DNA of 64,000 nucleotides from Chrysochromulina tobinii. Lineage: Eukaryota. The first letter of the stretch is position 1. Every line of letters starts with the position of its first letter. Under the pieces are notes generated by a model. The model had not been told where the DNA came from. It worked only from the letters and a program-made list of their open reading frames with translations, and searched no databases. The DNA is taken from NCBI GenBank assembly GCA_001275005.1, contig JWZX01003317.1:1-64000 (forward strand), written 5' to 3'. Shown here one piece after another: positions 1 through 10,574 of this stretch. The position numbers and the translations under genes are program-made.

Positions 1-406
1 GGAATGACGACGCCATGGCGGGGTGTTGAGTGCGGAGGCACGTGCCGACGATGACGGCGTACGCACGGCAACGCACGGGGATGCGCATGTGGGGATGCGA
101 TTGCACGCACCTGCGCGCACGCACACGCACCTGGTTACACTGTTGTGAAACATTAACCGTCGGCAACGCCGGTGTGTATGTGTGTGCACCAATGGTGTGC
201 GGCGTAGGTGACCGGGCTCCGAGGTATAACTGACTGTTTCGTGTTTGAAGCGAAGGCACGGCAACGCAAGTCGCAACCGTGGGGAAGGCTGGAAGCCGTG
301 TCGAAAAGGCTGCCAGACCGCAATCCCACCTGTGGCGATGCATGCATGCTTTAACGTGACCTGATAAATATCCGCTTTCCTGATAATTTAAAGATCCGCT
401 TTCGTT

Positions 407-1366
407 TTGTCTGCACTGACGCGACCGAGAGAGAACATGATTGCCACGGCCCTTGGGCTCGCCTCGATGCCAGCCACGGTGGCGAGCATCGACTCACCGC
501 GGACGAGCCTCGATCTGTTGCAGCGCTGGCGCAGTCACCCGGGGCGTGAGCCCGAAATACGCCGCTCCGAGGAGTCGCGGCACTGGATCGACTCGTGTGA
601 CCCACATAAGTGCCCCCCGCCGCCTCCGCCGAAGTGGCGCTTGGCTCTGCCATCTTTAGAAGAGGCTTCCAACTCGCACAGACACACGGAGAAGGACCCC
701 ACCACTCGCACCATGGAGGCGTCCGAGCACATCTCGCGCTTTCTCGCCATCGCCGAGGACGTTGAGAAGACCCCTTATGGGGGCGCTGATCTCAGACTGC
801 AGCTGCAGCTTCAAGCCGCCTCAGCACGGTCCACGCGCACGTCAACATTGCCACAGCTCTCGCCACGCGATGCGGCGCGCATGCCCCTGCAGCTAGGCTT
901 CGAGCGCCGCGTCGTGGGCCACTCGCATGTTGCAAGCATGTCAAATGGCATGGCCGCTTGCGATATGCGAGTGCAGCTACCGGCGGATGGTCGCCCCTCG
1001 CCTCTGGGAGGCTTTCCTCAGAGGCTGACCACAATCGTCACAATGTCAGACGGTACACCTCGGCGGCGGCAATACCTGCTCGCTCGTGACGCCGAGCTGG
1101 TGAACGTGCACGAGCGTGGCAAGTGGAAGGATGAGTACGACGCCGTGACGCAGAGGCAGCGCCGGGTGGCAACCGAGAGGCGAGCCGAGGCCCAGGCGGC
1201 CGAGGAGGCAAGGGAGGCCGCGTGGCGCCTCGAGACCCTCGAGCGAAAGGCGAGGATCCGCGCGCAGGACGAGGCAAGGCGCCCATCCGGCCACTCTGGC
1301 CCCCTCGCCAGAGGCTCTGATCCTGACCTCATGCCCCGTGCAGCAGCCCACGCCGAAAGCAAATAG
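407..1366 (+). CDS. Hypothetical protein, Pro-rich with C-terminal charged helix
   Basis: 319-codon ORF followed by AT-rich sequence; first ATG at 437; no recognisable domain. Confidence 0.5.
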   Translation: MSALTRPRENMIATALGLASMPATVASIDSPRTSLDLLQRWRSHPGREPEIRRSEESRHWIDSCDPHKCPPPPPPKWRLALPSLEEASNSHRHTEKDPTTRTMEASEHISRFLAIAEDVEKTPYGGADLRLQLQLQAASARSTRTSTLPQLSPRDAARMPLQLGFERRVVGHSHVASMSNGMAACDMRVQLPADGRPSPLGGFPQRLTTIVTMSDGTPRRRQYLLARDAELVNVHERGKWKDEYDAVTQRQRRVATERRAEAQAAEEAREAAWRLETLERKARIRAQDEARRPSGHSGPLARGSDPDLMPRAAAHAESK

Positions 1367-1749
1367 CAAAATATATTTGGGGTAAGTTCGTTGTATGTGG
1401 AGTGAGTGTCGAATACAGGTAAACACGGAAGTAGGTGACCGACCGGAACTTTGGGGTAACGACTGTGCTCCACGCCAGGACCCTGGCCGGCTCGGTCCGA
1501 CTTCCATAGCGCGATTCGCCTCCCGGCGCGCTCCGGGTCCGGCGTCGCGTGGCGAGACGTCGAGGACGCACCTTGGATACCAAATTCCTTAGTTACAGAA
1601 TAGTACCCGGATGGCGGACCGGTCATCTACCGACTAGTAGGTTGAGAGTCATACTCAACTAGGAGTGCTATGTTACCTAGGAGTGCGCCTCCCTAGAGGA
1701 GTGGCCCAATGTGGCCGTGCGTGTCGCGACGCAGATGCATGACGACCCG

Positions 1750-2991
1750 TCAGATCTCGTCCTTCTGCTCGGATGCCGCAACGCTCTTCGTCTCGGAGTC
1801 GTACGGCTCGCGCGCCCGTCGCAGCAGCACCTCGTCGTCCCACCACGCCACGTCGCGATGCATCCGCTCGTCGCCGAGGTGGTGCGCGAGGTTGCCCACA
1901 TGCCGCTTGGAATGGTCGCTGTTGCACCCGTCGATGATCTGCTGAAGGACCTCGGGCAGCTGCAGCTCAACCGGCTCGAGCCACTCCAACGTACGCAAGC
2001 CCCGGTACACGCCATTCACGCCCGGCCCGATGAGGATCGGCTCCCGGCCAGCGCCCAGCATCAAGATCGTCGACCTCTCGAGCTGGTCCCACGGTGGCAC
2101 CATGTCGTTGCGCGCCATGTCGATCTTGGCAAACATGAGCGTCGCGGGCCGGCGCGGCAGCGCCCACAGCAGCTCCGCCACACGCGCGACCATCTTCTCC
2201 AGCCTTGCGTTGCGCTCATCCACTTCGTCCCACCTCGGGCTCTTGGAAAAGTGGATGATCAGGTCCTTGTCGGTATGGTTGTTGAGGGTGCCGTTCAGCG
2301 TCGCGCCCACGGTCACGTAGACCGGTCCGTCGTTGATGGCCGGCGGGCGCATGCTGGTGAACTCGGTCTTGTTGATGTTCTTCTCGAGGCCGCGTCGACC
2401 GACGAGGTTCAGGTCGCTCGACGTGCACGCACGCGCGCCTCGCGCGCACAGCGCGGCGCGCAGCTCGGACGCGGGCCGGCGGGCCTTGTGCCACTTGGCG
2501 ATCGCGGCGACGAGCGTTTCGCTGTGCTCCTCGATGATGTGCGTGCACGAGCGCTTGAGCACCGGCGACGTCTCGACGACCATCTGGCTGCAGGCCCGCT
2601 CCAGCTGCTGCTCGGCCTTCTCGTCGACGTTGCCAAAGTGCGCGGCGCGGCGGTAGCGCTGGGATTTGGGCACGTCCTCGACCTTGGCCGTGAGCTTCTC
2701 GAGCTCGGGCAGCAGACTCTCGCTCAGCTCGTTGACCACGTGCAGGCACGCGCGGCAATAGTCGGCCGCATGGTGCCCGGCCGGCACGCGCGGCTTGCTG
2801 CCGCCCTTTGGGGCATTCGCCTGGAGTCCCTTCTCCTCCTCCTCCGGATCGGCGGGAGGGACGCTCGTCTCATAGGGAGCAACGCTGCGGAGCTGGAGCA
2901 GCAGGAGCAGGAGGAGGGCATGCCGACAGCCGCGTGCCGCGGCGCCATCCCTTGTGGTGATGCAAAGACAAAACGTGTGAACGTTATGCAC
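1750..2991 (-). CDS. Putative ER protein: saposin-B/Canopy-like domain plus redox-inactive thioredoxin (PDI-like) domain
   Basis: Hydrophobic ALLLLLLLQL segment; YCRAC...ERAC...SC..IIEEH...LC....AC saposin cysteine pattern; DGPVYVTVG...FAKID..ND resembles a PDI domain but lacks CxxC; ends KDEI; start codon unresolved. Confidence 0.65.
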   Translation of the reverse strand: MHNVHTFCLCITTRDGAAARGCRHALLLLLLLQLRSVAPYETSVPPADPEEEEKGLQANAPKGGSKPRVPAGHHAADYCRACLHVVNELSESLLPELEKLTAKVEDVPKSQRYRRAAHFGNVDEKAEQQLERACSQMVVETSPVLKRSCTHIIEEHSETLVAAIAKWHKARRPASELRAALCARGARACTSSDLNLVGRRGLEKNINKTEFTSMRPPAINDGPVYVTVGATLNGTLNNHTDKDLIIHFSKSPRWDEVDERNARLEKMVARVAELLWALPRRPATLMFAKIDMARNDMVPPWDQLERSTILMLGAGREPILIGPGVNGVYRGLRTLEWLEPVELQLPEVLQQIIDGCNSDHSKRHVGNLAHHLGDERMHRDVAWWDDEVLLRRAREPYDSETKSVAASEQKDEI

Positions 2992-3000
2992 TTGTGCATC

Positions 3001-3138
3001 CGTGTGAACGTTAACACGACAGACGCGACAGCCGGTGCTACGGCACTGTTACTGCCCGCTCAGAATACACACACCTTACATGACCCCTATGAGACGCGGA
3101 GCATGCGCGCGCGCGCGTGTCCCGGCTCCCCCGGTGTC
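3001..3138. repeat. Dispersed repeat copy (42-bp core plus ~70-bp extension and GTGTCCCGGCTCCCCCGGTGTC subrepeat)
   Basis: CGTGTGAACGTTAACACGACAGACGCGACAGCCGGTGCTACG matches 29144-29185 and, inverted, 29667-29708; similarity continues to ~3112 versus ~29272. Confidence 0.9.
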
Positions 3139-3362
3139 GACAAATCGGTCGGAAGGGATGAGCTTGCAGCGGGGCTTGCAGCCGCCGGTCCGCTCTAACA
3201 CTCCCATAAAGTTCGCCCATTACAAGTATAATGTACCCGTGTGTCCCAGCTCCCCCAGTTGTCTTTTTACAGTGGTTGCCAAAAGTCCTGACCCCCTGGT
3301 GGGGTGGGGTGGGGTGGGTCCGCGAAATCGTCGTCGTGCGCTCCTCGTCTCGCTTTGCTCTC

Positions 3363-3685
3363 ATGTCTCTCTCTCTCCCCGACGACTCGCGCTGCAAGCG
3401 CGTCGCAGCGATCCGGTGGCTCGCTGTTTTCAAGCGCACGACCTTGGGGCTGACGGCCAGGGAGGTCACCTACAGTAACACTTGCACGTCTCAGCCTCGA
3501 GCCAGAAGCGCTGGTTGTCGACCTTCGAGAAGACCGGCGACGTCTTCCCGCCAAAGAGAGGAGTTCAAGGCCGCCCGAGGGCACTTAGCAAGGATGAGGA
3601 GTTCGATCTCGTGACGCGTGTACTCGACTCCCCGACGACAACACTCGGCAAACAACACGCCCTTATCTACCTCGGGCGAGAGTGA
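3363..3685 (+). pseudogene. Frameshifted N-terminal HTH fragment of a Tc1/IS630-type transposase
   Basis: GLTAREV in one frame, then HVSASSQKRWLSTFEKTGDVFPPKRGVQGRPRALS...P..TL in another; no DDE domain follows. Confidence 0.75.
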
Positions 3686-3859
3686 TTCTACCTCGACACG
3701 ATCATTAACCTTTATGCAGAAAAATATGCACTAACGTTACACCAACGGAAGAACAGTGTGATGCTCTCTGATAATCAGCCCGGTCGAGGTATCCCATGAG
3801 GCGACCCCGACATGTCGTGAGCCGCTTATGCGACGCTTTCTGCACTGTGTTGGAGCCAT

Positions 3860-4372
3860 TCAGTGTGTCCTGCGCCTCGTGTGCTGAGGGCATTGCTGCA
3901 GCCATGCATCCAATTCTGCGATGGGCTGCATCCCCAATCGTTGAGCCCACTGCACCAAGGATATGACATCGTGGGCTTCCATGCACCGCAGTGGCTCATT
4001 CTGGAGCACATCGCCTTTGAGGAGCGTGCAGTTGAACGGGCCTGCACAATCGGCGAAGACGGATCTACGCACGGGCGTAGAGCTAGAGGGGACCGTCGCC
4101 GGCAACACGGGCGCGTTGACGGGATCATAGAGCTTGAGGAAGTCGGGGAGCTCCAGCTTGATGCTCGCACGGTCGAGCTCCACGTCACGCCGCTTGGTCG
4201 TGATGTACATCACCACCAACTGTTTCACCTCCTACTGCAACGTCTCTGGCGGGTCTGGCTGATCATCGGGGTGGGTGTAGCGATCGGCGACGTTGCCCAA
4301 GGTCACCAGGTGACGGGCGCCGGGCGGGAAGAGCTCCGCGCATCGAGCCTTGCCCGGGGCAGTCGACGGCAT
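3860..4372 (-). pseudogene. Unknown cargo ORF inside the transposon, interrupted by one in-frame TAG
   Basis: ORFs 4232..4468 and 3860..4228 share a frame and are separated only by TAG 4232-4234 and one codon; ATG at 4372. Confidence 0.45.
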
Positions 4373-4755
4373 GAGAGCGTCGGGGCGCGAGAGGCGCAGA
4401 GCGCGATCGGCCACTTCGGCCGACCCCACCCCACCCCACCCCACCCGGGGGGTCAGGACTTTTGACAACCACTGTAACGCGACTCACGCGACTTCCGGAG
4501 TTCCGGTGCGTCACTACAGTGAGGGGAATCAGACATTTTAAGCGAGAACCGAGATCGGCACCCGCCGTCAGTCTCGTCGCTAACCCTACCGGTAAGTAAC
4601 CCGTATGTTACCGTACGGCATACCATACCTGTGTTACGGCACTGCATAAAGCCGATGCTCGCCGTCTCCCTCAGTCTCCCGGACCTCCCGGTTAATCCCG
4701 GCGGCTGGCCTCTCTCGTCCGACGACTCACTGACTCACTCGCTCGACTCACTGAC

Positions 4756-6186
4756 TCACTTGGCGAGGGCGAGCGCGTGACCAACCGACCAGACGGTGAA
4801 GCCGATGGCTTGGCACTCGGAGATATCTATGATGTTGCGGCCGTCAAAGATGAAGGCGGGCTTCTGCATCGACTTGTAGATGCGCTTGTAGTCGAGCGCC
4901 TTAAACTCGTCCCACTCGGTAAGGATGCAGATGGCGTGCGCGCCCGAGCATGCAATGTACGGATCTGTCTCGATCTCGATCTTGTCGATGACCTCCTTGC
5001 CCAGGTCCGAGTAGATCTGCTCGCGCGCGACCTTGGGGTCGTAGATCGCGAGGTTGGCCTTCTCGGCGAAGAGCATCTTGCACACGTCAATGGCGGGCGT
5101 CTCACGCGTGTCGCCTGTGTCCTTCTTGAAGGCAAATCCGAGGATGGCGATCTTCTTGCCCGAGATGGTGTTGAACATGGACGAGACGATATTGGTGGCG
5201 AAGCGCTTCTTCTGCCAGTCGTTCATCGCGATCACCTGATGCCAGTATTCGGCCACCTCGGGCAGGCCGAACTGGCGGCACAGGTACACGAGGTTGAGGA
5301 TGTCCTTCTGGAAGCACGAGCCACCGAAGCCGACCGACGCCTTGAGGAACTTGGGTCCGATGCGGGTGTCGACGCCGATGGCGTGCGAGACCTCGGACAC
5401 GGAGGCACCGGTGGCCTCGCACAGCGCCGAGATCGAGTTGATCGACGAGATGCGCTGCGCTAGGAACGCGTTCGCCGTCAGCTTCGTGAGCTCCGCGGAC
5501 CACAGGTTGGTCGTGAGCACCTGCTCCGTCGGCACCCATCGGCGGTAGACGTCAGCGAGGTACTGGACGGCGGCGTGGCCCTGCGGCGTCACTGGCCCGC
5601 CTACGAGCACGCGGTCCGGCTTGAACAAGTCATCGATCGCCGTCCCCTCTGCGAGGAACTCGGGGTTCGAGAGCACCTGGAAGTCGGTGCCCTTGCAACT
5701 CGCCGCCATCACCGCCGCCATAGCGTCCGCGGTCTTGACGGGCACGGTCGACTTCTCGACGATGATCTTGGGCGATTTATCGGGGTTCGCGTTGCACACG
5801 GCTGCGATGCGGCGCGCCGCGAGCTCCCAGTACGTGAGGTCGGCTGCCTCGCCAGCACCGATGCCTGAGGTCTTGGTCGGAGTGGCGACGGAGACGAAGA
5901 TGATGGTGCACTCCTGAATGGCGGCGTCGATGTCCGTGGAGAAGAAGAGGTTGCGCCCTCGCGCCTCCTCGACGACCTCCTGCAGACCCGGCTCATAGAT
6001 GGGCAAGTTGCTGGAGTTCCATGCGGCGATGCGGCGCTCATTGAGGTCAGTCACGGTGACCTTAATGTCGGGGCACATCTTAGCCATGACGGCCATGGTC
6101 GGGCCACCGACATATCCGGCGCCGAGGCAGCAGATCTTGGGCGGGTAGGGGTACGCCTTAACGCTAGAAGTCGACGAGGACGCCAT
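4756..6186 (-). CDS. UGDH: UDP-glucose 6-dehydrogenase
   Basis: [58 protein letters not shown] motifs; intronless. Confidence 0.97.
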   Translation of the reverse strand: MASSSTSSVKAYPYPPKICCLGAGYVGGPTMAVMAKMCPDIKVTVTDLNERRIAAWNSSNLPIYEPGLQEVVEEARGRNLFFSTDIDAAIQECTIIFVSVATPTKTSGIGAGEAADLTYWELAARRIAAVCNANPDKSPKIIVEKSTVPVKTADAMAAVMAASCKGTDFQVLSNPEFLAEGTAIDDLFKPDRVLVGGPVTPQGHAAVQYLADVYRRWVPTEQVLTTNLWSAELTKLTANAFLAQRISSINSISALCEATGASVSEVSHAIGVDTRIGPKFLKASVGFGGSCFQKDILNLVYLCRQFGLPEVAEYWHQVIAMNDWQKKRFATNIVSSMFNTISGKKIAILGFAFKKDTGDTRETPAIDVCKMLFAEKANLAIYDPKVAREQIYSDLGKEVIDKIEIETDPYIACSGAHAICILTEWDEFKALDYKRIYKSMQKPAFIFDGRNIIDISECQAIGFTVWSVGHALALAK

Positions 6187-6328
6187 TTGTTGGGATCCGC
6201 CCGCCGAGGCCGCCACGTTTCGGCGCGCTTTTGCTCATAACGACATTTTTAATCCACGTCCCGAGCCGTTTGACCAGGAGGGAATGGTATAATTTTGAGA
6301 TTGAGGGATCGTCAGGCACTTGGACTGA

Positions 6329-8269
6329 ATGGGCAAGCTATGGCTCCGCGGAAGTGCGGATAGGCCCTCGGAGCGGTGGTTTCGTCTGTCCACCAAGAAG
6401 CACAGCATGCGAACCAACACTTTGACGGTAGACGCTCCCGCGCACCGCTCCGCGCCCCTGCTGGCCCCCACGGTGGCTACGGCTTCACTGCCGATTGCAT
6501 CCTTTACCGCTGGCTCGCTCAAGTACCCGCGTGGCATTGTCATCCCGGAGGCCTTTGCCGAGTTGGCGCGCACGACGTCCTCAGTCAGCCTCCAGCCGTA
6601 CGGAAAGCGGCGGCCACCTTCGCAGCCGACCCGTCCTGCACCTAGCAGGAGCCAAGCTGCGTCTGCCCCAGCATTCGCAGTAGTGGTTGCTTCGGGTGGG
6701 GCGCTCGAGCGGGAAGCGAGCAGTAGCAAGCTGTGGGTGACAGCGCCACCGGCCAAGCAGAGCACTGAAGTACTTGAGCTTCGAAAGCGCAACGCAGCGC
6801 TTGAGGCGGAGCTTTCTTCATTGGCCTCGTCGCTTTCCGGGCGCGCGATGGCCGCGGTGGTCACAGACCGCGTCGAGCACATCTGCGAGAAGAATCAGCA
6901 GCTCCGCGCGCACGTCGCCAAACTCGAGCAGCATATCGCAGAGTTGCAAGCCGAGCTCGAGAAGAAGAAGCTCATCGAGACGATCACGCAGCGCCAGCTG
7001 CTTCACGAGCGGACGAGAGACGCAAACGATGGCATGTGCGGAAGCTCATTGCGCCCCGAGACGAGTCGTCACATCTTTGGCGACGGTGCGCCCAACACGG
7101 CTGGGATGGAGCTCCTGCAGGCGGCGCTTGAAGAGGCGCGCGCGGAGAACACCCGTCTCGCGTCTGAGATCAAGAGGCTGGCATTGGAATTCGGGCGCGT
7201 CACGCAAGCACACACGCGCGCCGAAGCACAGCTCCAGCAGCTCCGAAGGGAAGACGAAAAGCGCCTGCTCATCGAGGAGAACCAGCGGCTTGCCGCGGAG
7301 AACCAGCGGCTTTTGACATCGCATCAAAAGGCCGAGGCGACGCTCGCGATACTTCAGACGAACAGCGAAAAGATCAAGGAGAGGTGGGAAGGACGCCATG
7401 CCAATGCGCTTCGGCGCGTCAAGGAAGAGACGGAGCACAAGGTTGGTAGCAAGGTCGCGAAGCTCCGAAAGACAATTTCGGCCATGGAAATGGCCATGAA
7501 GGAGCAGGCGCGGCGCGTGGAGACGGACGCGCGCGTCACTGGGCGGGAGAAAGAGGAGGCCGAAGTGAAGGCCATGTCCAAAGCCTACGACAACACGCTT
7601 TTGGACCGGACTTTTGCCGTCAAGCTCAACGGCGAAGCCGCCAAGGAGGCCGTGTTAGCGCATGTGCACGCGAAGCGGGTGGCGTACCGTGGCGCGGCGG
7701 GCTACCTTACGCTTACGCTTAGCTGGGCGAGCACTTTCGACCTCAACCTGTGCTTCCGCTTCCCCGACTACCAAGTGATTTGGACGCGCAACACCAAAGC
7801 GCACGGCGGGCGCCTTGATGTTGCCTCGCAAGACTCAACGAAGCCGCTACAAAATATCTTCTTCACCGACCGACCGGCCGACGGCAATTACAAGGTCAAG
7901 ATCACATCGTACAGCGAGCCGAAGCAGACAGACTGTGCGAGTCCCGTGCCCTTTGACGTCGTGATCCAAGTTGGTGGGGCCGTGTACGTGTTGCACTCGC
8001 CGGAGTGGGCGCCGAAGCGTGTGAGCTCTTCACCCATCACGGGCTCCTTATCGATGGACGTGTGCGAGCTCACGCTGCATGCAGGCACGCACTGGTTGAC
8101 GCTCGACCCGGCGTTCGAGCAGGTGGGCGAAGTGAAGGGCAGCGCGGGTCTTTTGGAGCCGGTACGTGGCCACTTTGTGTCCAAGCCCCCTGGCGAACTA
8201 GAGTGGTCGACTGACCACCTGATGTTCGCTGGCTCCATGCCACGGCCGTGCTTATTTGACGACAGCTAA
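6329..8269 (+). CDS. Coiled-coil protein with C-terminal YfaP/DUF2135-like beta domain
   Basis: 646-codon ORF; long heptad region; LTLSW...DLNL...GGRLDV...NIFF...P.DG.YKV pattern. Confidence 0.7.
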   Translation: MGKLWLRGSADRPSERWFRLSTKKHSMRTNTLTVDAPAHRSAPLLAPTVATASLPIASFTAGSLKYPRGIVIPEAFAELARTTSSVSLQPYGKRRPPSQPTRPAPSRSQAASAPAFAVVVASGGALEREASSSKLWVTAPPAKQSTEVLELRKRNAALEAELSSLASSLSGRAMAAVVTDRVEHICEKNQQLRAHVAKLEQHIAELQAELEKKKLIETITQRQLLHERTRDANDGMCGSSLRPETSRHIFGDGAPNTAGMELLQAALEEARAENTRLASEIKRLALEFGRVTQAHTRAEAQLQQLRREDEKRLLIEENQRLAAENQRLLTSHQKAEATLAILQTNSEKIKERWEGRHANALRRVKEETEHKVGSKVAKLRKTISAMEMAMKEQARRVETDARVTGREKEEAEVKAMSKAYDNTLLDRTFAVKLNGEAAKEAVLAHVHAKRVAYRGAAGYLTLTLSWASTFDLNLCFRFPDYQVIWTRNTKAHGGRLDVASQDSTKPLQNIFFTDRPADGNYKVKITSYSEPKQTDCASPVPFDVVIQVGGAVYVLHSPEWAPKRVSSSPITGSLSMDVCELTLHAGTHWLTLDPAFEQVGEVKGSAGLLEPVRGHFVSKPPGELEWSTDHLMFAGSMPRPCLFDDS

Positions 8270-8660
8270 GCCTTTGGACTCTTTAGCCATGGGCATGTAA
8301 GGGCAACGTCGTCCGCATCGTCAACACCGCGCCGATCGAATTCCCATGATGACCTCCGGGCGTTGTCCCGCACTCGAACAACACGGACATTTCCGCGGGC
8401 GACGTCGTCATCGGCGGCGACTGTGGCCGGTAATGTGCAGGCGGCGCGGCGGTCACCAGCAAAGCGATCGGATTGTGTCGCACACAGACATGAGCGTGGC
8501 GAGAGGCCGGAGTGTCCCGCCTTCTGTTGGCGACTTGCCGGGAACTCCCGCACCCGCGTGCCTGTGACTTATCGCGTAGCACCAGGTTCTATAGAAATGC
8601 GCTTTCCAGGGTGAAGGATGGGAGGCGCTCGCTTCTTGCTTCGACGACGAACGCGGCGGT

Positions 8661-10574
8661 GTGTTCGTTAATTTTTTTGAGTCCATGAAAGCGGCCTTCT
8701 CCGCGGCCTTTTCCGCTGCGGCGTCTGCGGCGTCAGCGGCTGTGTTCAGCGATCCGGACAAGGTGCACGATCAGAAGCTGGCGGGCGTGCACATCGACCC
8801 GGCAGTCACAGAGATGAAGATCAGACTGCGCCGGCTACGCACAATAACTGAGAGCACTGCCAACTTTTACGTTGAGTACTTGAAGAAGAGGAAGCAGGAG
8901 GTTGAGATTGCGCTTCTGCTGCCGGAGTTTGCCGAGTGGTCGAATAATGAGCTTTTCTGCGGCTCGAACGGGAGCAGCAAGCAGCTGCACCTCGACGCCT
9001 CTCGGCTGGCGGCCATCGAGGAGCTCATGTTGGCAGAGCGTAAGGCGATCAGCTCGGAGGTGGTGACGAGCCTGCGTGACGGCGTGCGCACGGTGTCCGA
9101 GAGCCTCGAGGGACTCTACGCTTTCGAGTTGTGCATGGTTACTGCGAGCCAGGCACTCGAGGCGGGGACCAAGGCGCTCGAGCGCTGCAAGAGGTCGTCG
9201 GAGGCGGCGGCGGCCGAAGAGCGCAAGGCGAGCGCCCTCAAGGACATATCGAAGCGGGGTCCCGCGGAGGCGGCCGCCAAAAAGGCGCTCGAGCAGGCTG
9301 AAGCAGACATCGCCGAGACCCGAGCGGGAGTCGAGCGCGTCGAGGCCGAGCGCGAGCGCCTGATTCGCGAGGATCTGCCCACGGCACTCGAGACGGCGGC
9401 GAAGGTGCGGCGCGCGGCTGAGACGGGTCCGATCGGCGGCGCCGTCGCGGCGCTCGCGCGAGCGTACGGCGAGTTTGCGCGCGGTTCGAGCGCGGTGCTG
9501 CAAGGCGGCGACAATGCTGCGTACAACCCAACGGTCTTGCGCACGGCACCAAAAGAGACGGCGGCGCGTTTCGCGGCGTACATCGTGCAGTGGACGCTTG
9601 CCAAGCGCCGGTGCAAGTCGTCAGCGGCGCTGCTCGAGGAGTTCGTAAAGTCACGCCTCGAGACGCTCCTTGCGCCCGCCAAGGAGGCAGCTACGCTCGA
9701 GGCGCTTGCAGCCGAGGTCGACGACAAGGCCGTCAAGGCGCGCATCGAGGCGGTACGACTGCCAGAGGGCGAGCTGGGGGAGGCGTGCGGCGCGTGCCGC
9801 ACGGCGGTCGAGACGTTAGTCGATTCGCTCGGCGCGTGCCGCACGCTCTTTAAGGCCCGGGCGGCGGCAGCCGAGGAGTACGAGAAACGCGATAAGGATT
9901 TGAAGGCGCTGCAGGCCAAGCGCGACGCGGTCAACCATGAGGTTGATAAGCTCGAGGCGCAATCCGGGGGCCAGCCGGGTGGGAGTGGCGTAGAGATGAA
10001 GATCTCGAAGAAGCGCATCGACCTGCAGGCGCTGACGGTGGAGTGCGAGCGGCGCGCGGCCGCTCTCGAGACCGCCGCGGCAGAGCTCGAGGGGTTCGCA
10101 ACCGAGCTCGCCAGCGACCAGGGAGAGCGCTCGGTCGTTGCACTCGTCGGCCAACCGCTGAGGGCCTTCCTCGCCCAGTACGGCGCCTTCTGCGCGACGA
10201 GGGGCCGCGGCTCGGCGATGGCGGGCGCACATGACGACGACCACGAGGACGTCTTCGTCGATGGCCCGGAGACAGTCCCCACGGTTGTCGCGCCGCCGCC
10301 GCCGCCGCCGCCGGCACCAGAGCCGGACTCATTGATCGCCTTGAGCCCTCGAGAGGAGCCTCCGGATAATCCCTTTGGCGCGCCGGCTCCGGAGCCGGTG
10401 TCCTTGATCGCCTTCAGCCCCCCTGCCCGGTCGAAGCCGCTCGACCCGTCCACCGCGCACGCAGATCCATTCGCCGCGCAGCCAGATCCGCTCGCCGCGC
10501 AGACAGATTCGTTTGCCGCACCGCCGGCCGCCGTGCCGCCGGCCGCCGCCCCCCCTCTCTTGGAATTTCTGTGA
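8661..10574 (+). CDS. Helical (BAR-like) protein with Pro-rich tail carrying NPF/DPF motifs; possible endocytic adaptor
   Basis: 637-codon ORF, GC3-rich; tail contains DNPFG, DPFAA, SLIAL/SLIAF and terminal LLEFL; 5' end may have an upstream exon (TTCCAG acceptor-like at 8604-8609). Confidence 0.7.
   Translation: MFVNFFESMKAAFSAAFSAAASAASAAVFSDPDKVHDQKLAGVHIDPAVTEMKIRLRRLRTITESTANFYVEYLKKRKQEVEIALLLPEFAEWSNNELFCGSNGSSKQLHLDASRLAAIEELMLAERKAISSEVVTSLRDGVRTVSESLEGLYAFELCMVTASQALEAGTKALERCKRSSEAAAAEERKASALKDISKRGPAEAAAKKALEQAEADIAETRAGVERVEAERERLIREDLPTALETAAKVRRAAETGPIGGAVAALARAYGEFARGSSAVLQGGDNAAYNPTVLRTAPKETAARFAAYIVQWTLAKRRCKSSAALLEEFVKSRLETLLAPAKEAATLEALAAEVDDKAVKARIEAVRLPEGELGEACGACRTAVETLVDSLGACRTLFKARAAAAEEYEKRDKDLKALQAKRDAVNHEVDKLEAQSGGQPGGSGVEMKISKKRIDLQALTVECERRAAALETAAAELEGFATELASDQGERSVVALVGQPLRAFLAQYGAFCATRGRGSAMAGAHDDDHEDVFVDGPETVPTVVAPPPPPPPAPEPDSLIALSPREEPPDNPFGAPAPEPVSLIAFSPPARSKPLDPSTAHADPFAAQPDPLAAQTDSFAAPPAAVPPAAAPPLLEFL

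Larger units (their letters stand above)
3270..4474 (+). mobile_element. Degenerate non-autonomous Tc1/mariner-IS630 DNA transposon
   Basis: ~50-bp imperfect TIRs starting CAGTGGTTG(C/T)CAAAAGTCCTGACCCCC at both ends; TA at 3268-3269 and 4475-4476; HTH transposase remnant inside. Confidence 0.9.

Noticed and set aside
1..240. GCAC/GT-rich low-complexity stretch with short ORFs
   Set aside because: No supportable coding or repeat unit; truncated by the window edge
1711..3198. 495-aa plus-strand ORF and many similar long antisense or alternate-frame ORFs
   Set aside because: Shadow ORFs of GC3-rich genes on the opposite strand; no motifs
3700..4400. Fanzor/TnpB cargo in the Tc1-like element
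   Set aside because: No RuvC or zinc-ribbon motifs visible in any listed frame
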